64,000 nt of DNA, taken from positions 256,990,001 to 257,054,000 of the forward strand of contig OZ024742.1 in assembly GCA_964016885.1 (NCBI GenBank). The letters are read 5' to 3'. Positions 1-11,389 of this stretch are shown in pieces; within the stretch, counting starts at the first letter, position 1; the number at the start of each line of letters is the position of its first letter. The position numbers and the translations under genes were made by a program. Source of the DNA: Eledone cirrhosa. Its lineage: Eukaryota. The notes under the pieces are model-generated. The model saw only the letters and a program-made list of their open reading frames with translations, did no database searches and was not told where the DNA came from.

Positions 1-383
1 TGCTTTATGTTCATACGAGTTATCACCAAGTCACAACCAGTGACCTCAAGAGACAACAAGGTCCGCCATGTTCAAGAAAGAACATACATATTCACACATG
101 CATCTTTAATGTTTAGACTTGTGATGTACTTATATTGACAGAATCTTCCTTAGTATATGGGCAGTTCCCATTAGTACTATCTTTTGTATCTCTCCTATAC
201 GCGGGTTTCCTGGGATCTGCAATAAGTAATCATTAGCCCCCTTAGGTATCATTCCCAGAGCGCCTACAACCATTGGTATTGTTTTAGTTCTCAATTTCCA
301 CATTTTTCCAATTTCTATCTCCAGGTCCTTATACTTGCTCAATTTTTCAAATGTTTTTATAGACACATTCTTGTCTATTGGAA
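1..383 (-). mobile_element. 5'-truncated 3' end of an RLE-endonuclease non-LTR retrotransposon (R4/Dong-like)
   Basis: ORF 130..366 reads EKLSKYKDLEIEIGKMW...IPMVVGALG...LMGTAHILRKILS*, the typical C-terminus of restriction-like endonuclease LINEs. The truncated 5' end abuts (ATT)n at 384. Confidence 0.75.

Positions 384-459
<76 letters not shown>
384..459. repeat. (ATT)n microsatellite, 5' flank of Tx1-like copy 1
   Basis: Direct reading. Confidence 0.97.
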
Positions 460-675
460 GGCGGCCTACGTAGTAAATCGTATCATCGTGAGATCCGCTA
501 AGGTATTTTTTGTTTGCAGTTGTTTAAAATTGCCATTTATGGAAATGTTTTATTGTTAACTGTATATAAGTGCAGATACATTGTTTTCTGAAAAGGACAC
601 TCAAAAAGATTGGGTCCTTGAGCCCAAAATTTAAACATTTATAATTATCAAACAAAAATGTATTTGAAAAAAACA

Positions 676-2598
676 TGGATGAATCACAATCACACCTTCC
701 TCACAAACTAACACCTCACACCGACACCACCATTGTAAATATTACTACGTTTGCCAACACTAAAAATATAAGCAGTAGAAATATTTTAAATTTGTCTTAG
801 GCAGACATTCATTTCCCGCCATTGCCAATGACTGCGGGTGTTAAAGACGCTACCTCCACCACCACCACAGCGACAACAGAAACAAAAGAAAAAATAAATT
901 AACTCGTGATATCGAAATTAATTCAACCAAAATGAACTCTTCCACACCGAACACCAGTGACGCCACCACCACCACAACTGAAACTAAAATTAACAATAAC
1001 AAAAATAACGATAACAACAACAGCAACAATGAAATTAAGAAAACCACCCTGAGTTTTGCCAGATTAGCAAAACAGTGCGAATCAATTCAGGCAACTCAGG
1101 AGGAATTAGAAGAAGCGAAAAAAATGGAAAAGAAAGATGGGTACAGGGTCAGCCCCCCCCCCCCCCCCCATAAACACACACACCTAATAAAATGGAGCAG
1201 CGGCGCCTATGCACCGTCTCTTATCGAACGATTAACATAAAATCGAGCCAAGTGGAACATGCATCCGAGTCCCATATCCAAAAAGCTTTGGGATATTTGT
1301 GGGCAAAAAAAAACCCCACATCAGACGTTTGGATAAGTATGGAACCGTGGACGTGTTCTTTGAAACACCACAGGAGGCTAGAGAACACTCCATGGCCCCA
1401 TTAAGCAGTGACGACTTCACACTCGTCCCAAGCTATTGTGGCCAGAGACTCGTAAAGATCAGGGTGACCCACGTACCACCGGCCATCGAAATTCCGTGGC
1501 TAATAGCTGCCATCCTGGCAGGCATCGAAGCCAACACCATCATAGTCGAAATAGCGAAAGAAAAGCAGCAGAACTGGACCGGATCTGGGATGGAGCTCTA
1601 GATCCAAGCGGAGCAAAAAAGCATTAAGGAGATCTCAGAGGTAATAGACCTCACTGGCGGGAGCCACCTCACGGTAATCGTCGAGGGCAGAAGGCCTAGG
1701 TGTGTCGTTTGTGGTGAAGGAACCCACCGAAGGGCTTTCTGGCCTCAGGCTAAAAGGTTGAGGCCACCTCTCTTACCCACCCCAAGGACTCAACCATCAA
1801 CACCACCAGCAGCAGAGATGGCAGCAACAACAGTAACAGTAACAACAGAAGCACATGTAACAGCAACAACCCCAGCAACAGTAGCAAAACCAACACCACC
1901 TCCACCCAACGCGCCAGAACTAGCACCAGCGCCTACACCATCCACCACGCAACAAACAAAACCAACGCCTGTGGAGGATTTTCCACTCCCCGGCCAATCA
2001 CATCTGGAGACAGATTGTGACGACGAGGAGTGGGAAACGGTATAAGGAAAAAAGAAAAAAAGAAACCAAAAAAAGATAAATTCTCTTCCCTCCGCCTCCA
2101 AAAACAAAATACAAAGGGAAACAAATAAACTATCAAACAAAAAAGTTAGGACAGATATGCCACCATCCACACCAGCATCACCAACCTCATCACCACAAAC
2201 ACCAACACCATCACCATCATTAAACCCAACACCACAATAGTCACCAAAAAGCGAAACAGAAACAAACACACAACAAACGCAAACAAAACAACCAAAACGA
2301 TACACACTACTCAGCATTAAATTTGAACAACAACCAATTATTACACTACATCCAACACAACACCAGCATCACAGAAAAAGACTACACAAGGACCCAAAAG
2401 TTCACACTACCTCCACACATACAAATCACTCGCATCACACAGAAAACGTACACGACACTAAAACAAAAATTCCCCAAAGACATCGGAGACTTCCGACAAA
2501 CACTCTTCAGGAGGATTTATAAGGACATCCTTCCTGAGGAGGCCACAAGCAGTGAAAAGGATGGAAAAACCGTCCTTCCCTTACGAGAAGTAAGGTAA
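676..2598 (+). pseudogene. Tx1-like ORF1 (gag-like CCHC knuckle, Pro/Thr-rich and basic linker), frameshifted
   Basis: Fragments 932..1240, 1299..1601, 1758..2045 and 2323..2598 are colinear with copy 3 ORF1 (RCVVCGEGTHLRAFC). Confidence 0.85.
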
Positions 2599-2632
2599 GT
2601 GGTCTTTCCCATCTTTTCCACTCCTTTTCAAC

Positions 2633-5600
2633 AGGACCTCACTCAGAATAGGCAGCATAAATACGTGTGGCTTGTGGTCGTCATGGAAGCAGGGCCACCT
2701 GCTCAACGACCTCAGGTCACTAAACATAGATGTAGTGGCCATCAGCGAGACCAGAATTTCAGAAGTACGGGCCTTCGCACCGATCTTCGGCGGAGACGAT
2801 GTGTACGCATCTCCCAGCCGTCCTGGATCGGGGGGAGGAGATGCTGTGCTTTTTCGGAGAGGTTTGGATCTCGCCATACGGGCCATCTTCCTGGACACAG
2901 AAGGTAAGTTGATGGTGCTAGACGTGACAAGATAGTCAGCTACACGGACCACAAATTCGTGATCTGTGTGCTTGACTTAGATAGGCTTCATAGACGAGGA
3001 CACGGCTACTGGAAGCTAAACGCGTCCTTACCAGCGCGCAAGACCTACAGAGACCGGTTTAGCGAATTAGTTAAGCGGGCGTTGACGGGGGCCTTCGTCG
3101 ACAACAAGTGGCGTTTGCTCTGAAAAGAGCAATCAGAATAGAGTCCATTAGGTTTAGTAAGGCTTTAGCAATAGAAAAAATAGATCAGAGGGAGAATTTT
3201 TTAGAAAATTAGATGAGGCGCTTAGCAAAGGCATCGCGACCGACGTACTTGCGGCGAAATTGGCCCTTGACCAATTCTTCAATGCAAAGCACGAAGGCTG
3301 CGTTGTCAGAGATAGGGTGCGTGCTCTCTGACACGAAGGGACGAAAGTCGTTCAATGGGCCCGAGTGGCGGAGGCGCGTCATGGAAACAAAGCCACGATT
3401 CGGTCTTTGGTGGACCAAGACGAACGCATGCTACTCGATCCCGGGCAAATGTGGGAAGCTTTTAAGCGACACTTCGCACAGCTGTTCGGGGGCAGGGGCG
3501 AGCCGGATCGAGGGATGGACGTTAGTGTCTACCTCGACGGACTGCGGCGGCTCTCGGTCACTGACGCGGAGTGTTGCGAAACGACGATAACAACCGCTGA
3601 AGTACGGTTTGGATGGTCTGCCCTATGAACTTTACGTACAGATGCCAGACTTGTTCGGAGCCCTCTTGGCGGACATCTACTGCAAACAGCTGGCAACAGA
3701 ACAGGAGAATCCCCAGCTCTGTGAGCCGAGGAGGTGTGGCGCTGCTGAGAAAGGATCCGAAAAAGGGGAAAACAGATAATGTCAGGCCCATATCTCTGCT
3801 AAACACAGAGTTCAAGAGGCCAAGGTGCTAGCAAAGAGGTTGGCGCTTGTCGTTGGTGGTCCCATGGGACAGGCGCAGACAAGCGCTATTCCCGACAGAT
3901 AAATTTACGACAACCTCCACTTCATGCGATACATGGCAGATAGGGTAAAAAGGGAACCTGGCTCGGGTGGGTCCTTAATCAATTTATATCAGTCGAAAGC
4001 TTTCGATAGGGTCGACCACCGTTACATAGCGGCAGTCCTGAGGACGGCTGGCTTTGGGCCCGTCTTCAGAGGCTGGATCGCGCCATGCACAGCGACATTT
4101 GCTCTGTAGTGAGAGTGAACGGTCACCTTTCGGAACCGTTCAACATCATGCGCTCGGTCAGCCAAGAATGTACCCTCTCGTCCCTCGTGTACGTATTGAC
4201 TCTCGAGCCATTACTGCACAAACTGGAGACGTTGAGGGGGGTCCCGCGTGAACTAGGATGCGGAAGATCCGTGTCAGCATATGCGGACGATGTCACCGTA
4301 GTGGTGTCGAACGCCAATCACATAGAAGCGATAGGCACTACACTAAGAGAATAGGAAGCGGTGACAGGAGCAATGATCAACCAGGAAAAGTCAGTGGGCT
4401 TGCAGCTCGGCACCTGGAGAGGCAGGTCCATGCCGTCCAACAGCGTCGTCGGGGGCTGGACGGACGGACCGATAAAATGCTAGGGGTGTGGTTCTGTCCG
4501 GACCTCCAGACGGATAAAAACTGAGACGAGGTGACGAGCAGGGTGGCTTCTCTCACCCAGAAATGGGCGGAGAGGAAGCTATCCCTGAAAGTTCGAGCGG
4601 AGGTGGCTAACGCATACATCGCGTCCGTCATCTACTACCGCCTGACCGCCGTACCTTGTTCTAATCCCCGCCTGACTGTGCTGGAGCGTTTGCTCTTTCG
4701 CTTTTTGTGGAAGGGACGCGCTCCGATGGTCAGGCGGTCCATCTGCTGTCAACACCCGCTACGTGGAGGGCTGGGCCTGCCGTGGCTGATGATGCGCAGA
4801 CACGCGCTCAGGATACGACATCTCCACCTCTTCCTCAACGGTGATCAGGTGTTGTCGCCCTTTTGCGAGACACGTCTTTCCCCAGCTCGTCTCCTTGACG
4901 GAGCTGCACACCTGGGTCAAGCGAAGACCGAGAGGGAGCGCTTGGAGACTGGAATGTCTTCAGGCGCTCACAGCCCTCGACAAATCTGGCAAGGTGATCG
5001 GTGGAAACTCCACCTTGGCGTTCTATAGAGGATTAGTGGAGGGGAAGAGCGACGACGTACTTGGGGAAACTCTAGGCGTCGACGAAAATCAACTAGCCAA
5101 TCTCTTCGGAAGAACTTTCGGGCCGGGGCCTATGGACAACTTCCAGAAATCCCTGGCCTGGCAGTGCTATCGAGGAGCTTTGCCAGATGGGGATAAACTC
5201 TACAGGCATGGAAGTGCCGTCACCGGGCATGTCGGAGATGCGCGCAGGGTGACGAAACCATCTGCACGCACTTGTCCAGTCACTGAGCATTGCTGACTTG
5301 TGGTTTTATGTCGAACAACTGCTGTCACGTGTAGGACAGATCCGGCTATCAGCTGAGTCCATCGTGAGGATTGCCCCGCCCTCTTCCTTTAGCCGGGAAG
5401 GGCAGGCAGTTTTTATCTGTCTGGTGGCCATGTCGAAAGAGATAATATGGTGAAAACGTTTGAAAGGGCTGAAGACGAGCACTTACCTCTTCGGTGATGC
5501 CCTGATTAACTTTTTCAAATTTCATTTGAAAAGGAAAATCAGGGTAGAGAGGGAAGTGCTCTCTTCCCAGCATTTTGTTGAAAGATGGGTGAGAGAAGCA

Positions 5601-5645
5601 AGTATGGCCCGAGTGAATGGGCCTATTCTGAGTATGTGTCTGTAA
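2633..5645 (+). pseudogene. Tx1-like ORF2 (APE endonuclease, reverse transcriptase, C-terminal Zn motif), disrupted, with ~360-bp deletion in APE
   Basis: DVVAISETR, RPISLLNTEFK, QSKAFDRVDH, SAYADDVTV, KLSLKVRAEVAN. Junction GACGTGAC|AAGATAG at ~2928 skips 60550-60909 of copy 3. Confidence 0.9.
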
Positions 5646-5890
5646 ATTAAAGATGGAAAACTGGGAGAGGGCACTTGCCCTGGTGGTCAGGGTCACTGTG
5701 GCCATTTAATGGGCTTTCTCCACGAATGTCCCTCGGAAGTCTACCCCCTATTGGGGAATTTTTCATTGTTATTTTTTAATTACATCCTCTTTTTTTTTAC
5801 ACGCAGAAATGCCCATTTATACTGTCCTGTATTGTCCTGTACTGTCCTTAATGTCTACTTTATGTAAACCCTTGTGGTTAATAAAGAAAG

Positions 5891-5891
<1 letters not shown>

Positions 5892-5949
<58 letters not shown>
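5892..5949. repeat. (ATT)n microsatellite, 3' flank of Tx1-like copy 1
   Basis: Direct reading. Confidence 0.95.
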
Positions 5950-6148
5950 GAAAATGAACCACACATTATATAACAACTCGACTATCAAAGGTTTCAGGAC
6001 CCTAGATAATAATAACATACGTACAATTTGCTCACCAGATGAAAAGTTATCTTACATTTTCATCTGATGGGTGAACTGGACGTATTGTCTAGGTTCCAGA
6101 AACCTTTGGTAATGAAGTAGTTATATATTGTGTGGTTCACTTTCTAAT
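5947..6148. mobile_element. ~200-bp imperfect palindrome of two head-to-head PLE pLTR fragments, each with a degenerate hammerhead
   Basis: AGAAAATGAACCACACA...TGTGTGGTTCACTTTCT arms. The + arm reads TTCAT-CTGATGG...GAAA-CCTTTGG-TA-ATGAA (6058-6117); the - arm has CTGGTGA. Confidence 0.65.
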
Positions 6149-6568
6149 TAAATAACTTTGTATTATACATAGTGTACACTTTTTTCCTCTGTTCATTCTT
6201 CGGAAATTCTTAAATCTCACACACACATACACACACACATATAGATGATAATTGTTGTAAACCAAATTTCACTGTTGTACAGCAAGTACTATTCGGTTTG
6301 ATTCAGGCTATTTGGAAGCATTCAGTGGATCGAAATTTGAAATCAAACATTAAGTCCAGATTGAAAATCGACCGAAGGCACCGGCGATATATATTAGAAA
6401 TACGATATATATATATATATATATATATGAAAAGTGTAATTTTCTACACAAAACGTAGGTTATAGAGAAAATTGAGGTTGGTAATGGCACATGGAATATA
6501 TAAGAGACAGAATACTTTTTTGTGAAAAAACATAATTTTATAAGGTAAGGAAATAATAAAGGGTATAC

Positions 6569-6617
6569 AAAATGACCGGTTTCGATGGCGCTGCAAAAGC
6601 CATCTTTTCAAATGTTG
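6569..6617 (-). ncRNA. Minimal type I hammerhead ribozyme (U3-A8 variant) in 3' pLTR
   Basis: Sense: TTGAAAA-GATGGC ttttgcagc GCCATC-GAAA-CCGG-TC; palindromic stem III ACCGGT. Confidence 0.8.
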
Positions 6618-6929
6618 ATTAATATTAAGAAAAATTAATAATACGAAGAGTTAAAATTTGAGACTTGAAAATTCAAGTATAAAATTCATTGTGGGATTTC
6701 ATAGCAGTTTTCATCTAGGTAGCAACAACAGGTTGACTGCTGTGTCCCTTTCTGGTAGTGAATGAGAAGTTATTTGGGGTGTGTGTTATTTTATAAAGGT
6801 CAGATTTAGCAATCACCAACTGGCCAGCTGCTGGTCAGTGAGGGGGTGGAAGCAATATACATACACATATCTTCCTGTGATGGGTAGGAGAGTGGAGCGT
6901 GATAGAAAGGGATTTAGTGCACTTACACC

Positions 6930-7076
6930 TATATATACACACATACCTTCATCCACACATACATACATATACATATACATATATATATATACATATATAT
7001 ACACATATACACACATACATACACGCACACATATACATATACATAGACACATACACACACACATATATATACACAT

Positions 7077-7129
<53 letters not shown>

Positions 7130-7198
7130 TATATATACATACACATACATCCAGATACACACATACATACACACACACATACACACACATATATATAT

Positions 7199-7254
<56 letters not shown>

Positions 7255-7592
7255 CCACACATACATACACACACATATATATATACACACACACACATAT
7301 ATATATATACATACACACATACAAACATACACACACCCACACATATATATACACACATACACACACATATATATACACACACACACACACACGCATATAT
7401 ATATATATATACACATACGCATACATCCAGATACCCACATACATACACACACACACACACACGCACACACAATACATACATCCACATGCACACACATACA
7501 CACACACACACATATACACATACATACACCCACACACAGAGAAATGGCCTTCAAATATATATATATATATATATACATACAGACACATATAT
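6930..7592. repeat. Mixed (CA)/(TA) microsatellite inside the PLE 3' untranslated region
   Basis: Direct reading; lies between ORF stop 7875 and the pLTR. Confidence 0.95.
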
Positions 7593-7874
7593 TTTTTCCA
7601 TAATATAAGAAGTTGGGGCAGTGAAATTAAAATAGAAGTCATTCTGATCACATTGAGTTCTTCATGTAGATTGGGCCCCGCAACCGACAGTGGTGAATTC
7701 TGTGTGCGCATATATATATAGATATATGTGTGTGCACGTGCAGGGTTTAACATGGATGTGTTGGTCACACAAAGGCATGGTCTGTCAATGAATAAACCTG
7801 ATTCTACAGAATTGGTCTCTGGTCTTTAATAGTAGTGATTCCGTGCGTATGTGTGTTTATATTTTATGACAATT

Positions 7875-10310
7875 CTATTGGGGTGATAACCCGTTTAGTT
7901 TTGGTTTAAATTTGTTGAGGAATAGATTTTCTTTGTTTATTCTTTGTTGCTGTGTGAACGAATCTGAGCACTTGTAGAAGGGGAAGATTTTAAAGTTGGG
8001 TAGTGTCATTCCTGCGCAGTTCGCAATATGGCTGCTCAAGGGGATTTTTCTTGTGTTAGCGTCCCGGATTTGTTGGCGGTGGATGGTCATTCTTTTGCGT
8101 AATGAGGTGCCCGTCTGTCCTATGTAGTTGTGTTTGCACCCACCGCAAGTTATTGCGTAAATCAAGTTCTCCGAGTTGCAGGTGAAATTGTTTTTTACTG
8201 TAAATGTTTGGCCATCTTTGAATGTAAATGTTTGTCCTTCAGTGAGGTAGAGGCACATTCCACAGTTTGTTCTACCACATTTGGTAACTGTAGGGTTGAG
8301 GATTGGTTTGGGTATATTTGGTCCAGTGAGAATGCGTTTAAGTGATTTGGGTTGTCTTTTACTTTTAAGGATCTTGTGTGTTTCAAGAATAGACTTCATT
8401 TTTACATCTTTAAGTAGGATGGGGAGGTTTTTGTGTAGGTGATCAAACATTTCGGTATTTCTGGGGTTGAATGTGGATACATATGGAAGGGTGTTGAGTG
8501 TAGTTTTCTGTTTTGGATTGTTAAGTTGATGGGGATTTAGGTATTTTGCCCTGTCTATTCCATTGTTGATTATTTCAAGTGGAAAGGCTCTTAAGATAAG
8601 TGTGTCTTTTAGTTCCTTTAGTCTTTGCTCCCGTTTAGGTGGATCTGATACTATGGTACATATACGTTTGGCCAAATTGTAAGGAATGTTAAGTTTTGTA
8701 TGTTTTGGGTGACTTGATGTGAAAAAGAGGTATTGCTTGGAATCTGTGGGTTTATAGAATATATCTGTATCTAATTTCCCGTCTATTACAGATATGAGAA
8801 TATCCAAGAAGGCTAATTCCTTAGGATTGGATTCCATTGTGAATTGTATGTTATTATCTATGTTGTTTATCATGTTTTTAAACGTAGTAAGTGAGTTCAT
8901 GTCTTCTTGCCATAGGATAAAGCAGTCGTCTAGATATCTTTTCCAATTGGCTTTGAGGTGTGTGTGGAAAGAGTCTCCAAATAAGAGAAGGGACTGACTG
9001 TTTATTTGTTGTTCATGGAATCCCATGACTAGGTCGGCATATGTGGGTGCTACTTTCGTGCCCATTGCCGTACCTGATACTTGTCTGTATGTTGAACCAT
9101 TGAATGTGAAGTAGTTATTTTGTAGGATAAAGCGGAGTCCGTCAGTGATAAAATCTGTGTTGATGCGTGTCGGTATTTCTGATGGGTGTGTGTTAAGCCA
9201 GTATTGGACTGCTGTTATTCCATAGTTGTGAGGTATGTTTGTGTAGAGGTTTATTACGTCAAAGGAGACAATAATTGTATTTGCACTTACTGTTTTAGGG
9301 AGGTGTTTCAGCATGTCAAGGTCATCTCGTATGTAGCTCTGTATATGTTGTAGAAAGGGTTTCAGTAGGATGTCCAGAAAGTTGCTAAGTCTGTGGGTTT
9401 CACATGTAGGGCCTGCTATAATTGGCCTGAGTTTTAGGTCTTCTGGTGGTGTTAGTTCAATGTAATTGTTGGTTGAGGTATCACATGCATCGTTTATGGG
9501 TTTACATTTGTGAAGTTTCGGTAAGCCGTAAAAAGAGCTTGTATTGCATTTGAAGTGGCTTATATAGTTAAACTCTTTTGTGGTTAAGCTGTTGCGGTAT
9601 TTATTCAGTAAGGTCAAAAGGTTCCCCATTGTTTTGGTGTGTTTGTAGTTTTCTGTTTTTTCATAGTATGTGTTGTTTTCTAAAATGTTAAGTGCGAGGG
9701 TCCTATAGTAGTCCGTATTCATAATGACAACAGTACTGCCTTTATCGGCTTCTTTGATAGTTATCTCAGGGTTGTTTCTAAGTGTAAATAATTCTTCCCA
9801 TTCGTGTGTAGATAGGTTTGATTTCGTGTGTTTATTTGTAATTTTTTCATAGGGAAAGTTGGTGATGTGTTCGCAGTACGTGTCCAGTGCTTTATTTCTT
9901 CCCTTTTGTGGGCAGAAATTGCTTTTATTTCTAACCAGTGATTCGTCTTCAGTGTTGGTGTCGTTGTGGAAGAATTCCGTTAGTCGCAGCTTTCGGCAGT
10001 ATTCCATGATGTCATCCTTCATTTCGGGGAAGTTTGGTTTACGTGGTGTAGGTGTAAATTTCAGGCCCTTACTTAAAATGTTGATTTGTGTGTTGGTTAG
10101 AGGTGTCTTTGAGAGGTTGATTATTTTTGGTTTCTCCTGAGGGGGGGGCCATCGAGTATCCTGGTATTTCAGGCTTTTCCCTAAAAAAGGAATGTAGTTT
10201 TGTGTGTGATTATATTTTGTTGGTCTGTTGCGTGTGGGTCTGTAGCTTGTTGTTTCATGAGGGTGAATGTGATGGTGGGGGTGGTATGTGTTGTGGTTGT
10301 TGATGAGCAA
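7875..10310 (-). CDS. PLE reverse transcriptase + CxxxxCxxC linker + GIY-YIG endonuclease (uninterrupted 811 codons, no obvious own ATG before the conserved region)
   Basis: IINLS..LSKGLKFTPTP, EADKGSTVV, YGLPKLHK, LRPII, FDVINLYTNIP, GTAMGTKVAP, RYLDDCF, FLDI, CGRTNCGMC, LIYAITCGGCKHNYIGQTG..RKRMTIHR. Confidence 0.95.
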   Translation of the reverse strand: MLINNHNTYHPHHHIHPHETTSYRPTRNRPTKYNHTQNYIPFLGKSLKYQDTRWPPPQEKPKIINLSKTPLTNTQINILSKGLKFTPTPRKPNFPEMKDDIMEYCRKLRLTEFFHNDTNTEDESLVRNKSNFCPQKGRNKALDTYCEHITNFPYEKITNKHTKSNLSTHEWEELFTLRNNPEITIKEADKGSTVVIMNTDYYRTLALNILENNTYYEKTENYKHTKTMGNLLTLLNKYRNSLTTKEFNYISHFKCNTSSFYGLPKLHKCKPINDACDTSTNNYIELTPPEDLKLRPIIAGPTCETHRLSNFLDILLKPFLQHIQSYIRDDLDMLKHLPKTVSANTIIVSFDVINLYTNIPHNYGITAVQYWLNTHPSEIPTRINTDFITDGLRFILQNNYFTFNGSTYRQVSGTAMGTKVAPTYADLVMGFHEQQINSQSLLLFGDSFHTHLKANWKRYLDDCFILWQEDMNSLTTFKNMINNIDNNIQFTMESNPKELAFLDILISVIDGKLDTDIFYKPTDSKQYLFFTSSHPKHTKLNIPYNLAKRICTIVSDPPKREQRLKELKDTLILRAFPLEIINNGIDRAKYLNPHQLNNPKQKTTLNTLPYVSTFNPRNTEMFDHLHKNLPILLKDVKMKSILETHKILKSKRQPKSLKRILTGPNIPKPILNPTVTKCGRTNCGMCLYLTEGQTFTFKDGQTFTVKNNFTCNSENLIYAITCGGCKHNYIGQTGTSLRKRMTIHRQQIRDANTRKIPLSSHIANCAGMTLPNFKIFPFYKCSDSFTQQQRINKENLFLNKFKPKLNGLSPQ

Positions 10311-11389
10311 GGGTTCTGTTGTTGGTTCATGTGGTCTGGGTGCGTTATTTCTGTGGTACAGAGTGTTGAGGCTGGGGGGTTGTCTTTTGTTGGATTGAGG
10401 GTGATGTCTGGTGTGGTTGTGGGTAAGTTCTGTTGTGATTTCAAGTGGTCTGGGTGGATTTCTTCTGAGGAATGTGGTGTGTGTGTGTTGTGAGTTGGAT
10501 CTATGTTATTTCGTCGTTGGTTTATGTAGGGGGCATTTCTACGGAAACCTGTGTTGTGGTGGTTGGGTGTGTTTCTTTTGGTGTAGTTGGCCGTATTTGG
10601 TTTGTGTTGGTGGGGGATGTGCCTGTGGTTAGTGTGTGTTGGGTTTGGTGGTGTAAATGTGTCTGTTGTAGTTCTTGTTATGTTCAAATGCTTTATAAAG
10701 GGGTTACCTGTTTGGTGCGTCCTTTTAAAGTCTTTTTCATATTTGAGGAACCAGTTTTCGGATTTTTCCCACCGTTTAAGGGAAATAGTTTCTGCATTCT
10801 CGCAGTCCTGTTTCCACGATTTGATTAAATTTTGTAGGGTTGTTCCCTCGGCCTTTTTAGTGCATTCTTCCTCCATATTTTTATCAGTATCCTTATACTC
10901 TTGCTCGTTTGAGGTGGCCCTTAATTTTAGGAGTTCTATTTCCATGTTTATCCTGTTGAGTGACATTTGTTCACGGAGTTTTCTTTCTGGTTCAGGTTCG
11001 TTTGTAATATGCTTTATTTGGAATTTACGTGGTAAAACTATCGGTGTTGAGTTAATCCATTTTTGGTAAATTCCAGCTTTGTTGAGGTTTTTTATCATAT
11101 TCCAGAAAGTGAATTTTCTGGTTTTTAGATGTTTTTTCCAGAGGTGTCCCATTTGGTTTTTGATATGGAGCAATGTCGTTTGTTCTGTGTTGGTATTCAT
11201 AAGTTTTTCGATGGAGTTGCATACGTTTTGAACGTTTAAATAAATTTGGTTGTCAGTCGGTGTGGTGGTTTGGGGTATATCCTGTTTTTTTGTCAGAATG
11301 GTGAGTTTTCCATTTATCTCTTTTAGGATTTTCAGGATTTCCTCATTGATATTGGAGTTTGAAGTTGTGTTGTCTTGTTCCAGTGCCAT
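10181..11389 (-). CDS. PLE upstream ORF1 (402 aa; predicted coiled-coil N-half, H/N/T/P-rich C-half)
   Basis: Open 402 codons from an ATG just downstream of the pLTR. Heptad-like segments INEEILKILKEINGKLTIL and RINMEIELLKLR. Overlaps the RT ORF by 130 nt. Confidence 0.8.
   Translation of the reverse strand: MALEQDNTTSNSNINEEILKILKEINGKLTILTKKQDIPQTTTPTDNQIYLNVQNVCNSIEKLMNTNTEQTTLLHIKNQMGHLWKKHLKTRKFTFWNMIKNLNKAGIYQKWINSTPIVLPRKFQIKHITNEPEPERKLREQMSLNRINMEIELLKLRATSNEQEYKDTDKNMEEECTKKAEGTTLQNLIKSWKQDCENAETISLKRWEKSENWFLKYEKDFKRTHQTGNPFIKHLNITRTTTDTFTPPNPTHTNHRHIPHQHKPNTANYTKRNTPNHHNTGFRRNAPYINQRRNNIDPTHNTHTPHSSEEIHPDHLKSQQNLPTTTPDITLNPTKDNPPASTLCTTEITHPDHMNQQQNPCSSTTTTHTTPTITFTLMKQQATDPHATDQQNIITHKTTFLF

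Larger units (their letters stand above)
460..5891 (+). mobile_element. Tx1/L1-clade LINE family A, copy 1 (full-length ends, decayed)
   Basis: Starts GGCG(G/A)CCTACGTAG and ends AATAAAGAAAGC exactly as copies 2 and 3. Carries ORF1 and ORF2 fragments; (ATT)n on both sides. Confidence 0.93.

Noticed and set aside
1790-2317. Antisense V/G-rich ORFs within Tx1 ORF1 (also 54272..54802)
   Set aside because: Shadow of ACA/CCA-rich Pro/Thr codons on the sense strand.
6781-7768. Long ORFs rich in YI/HT/CV/RE (also 28000-30300, 32889, 40692, 50062, 56178)
   Set aside because: Translations of (TA)n, (CA)n and (GA)n microsatellites that simply lack stop codons.
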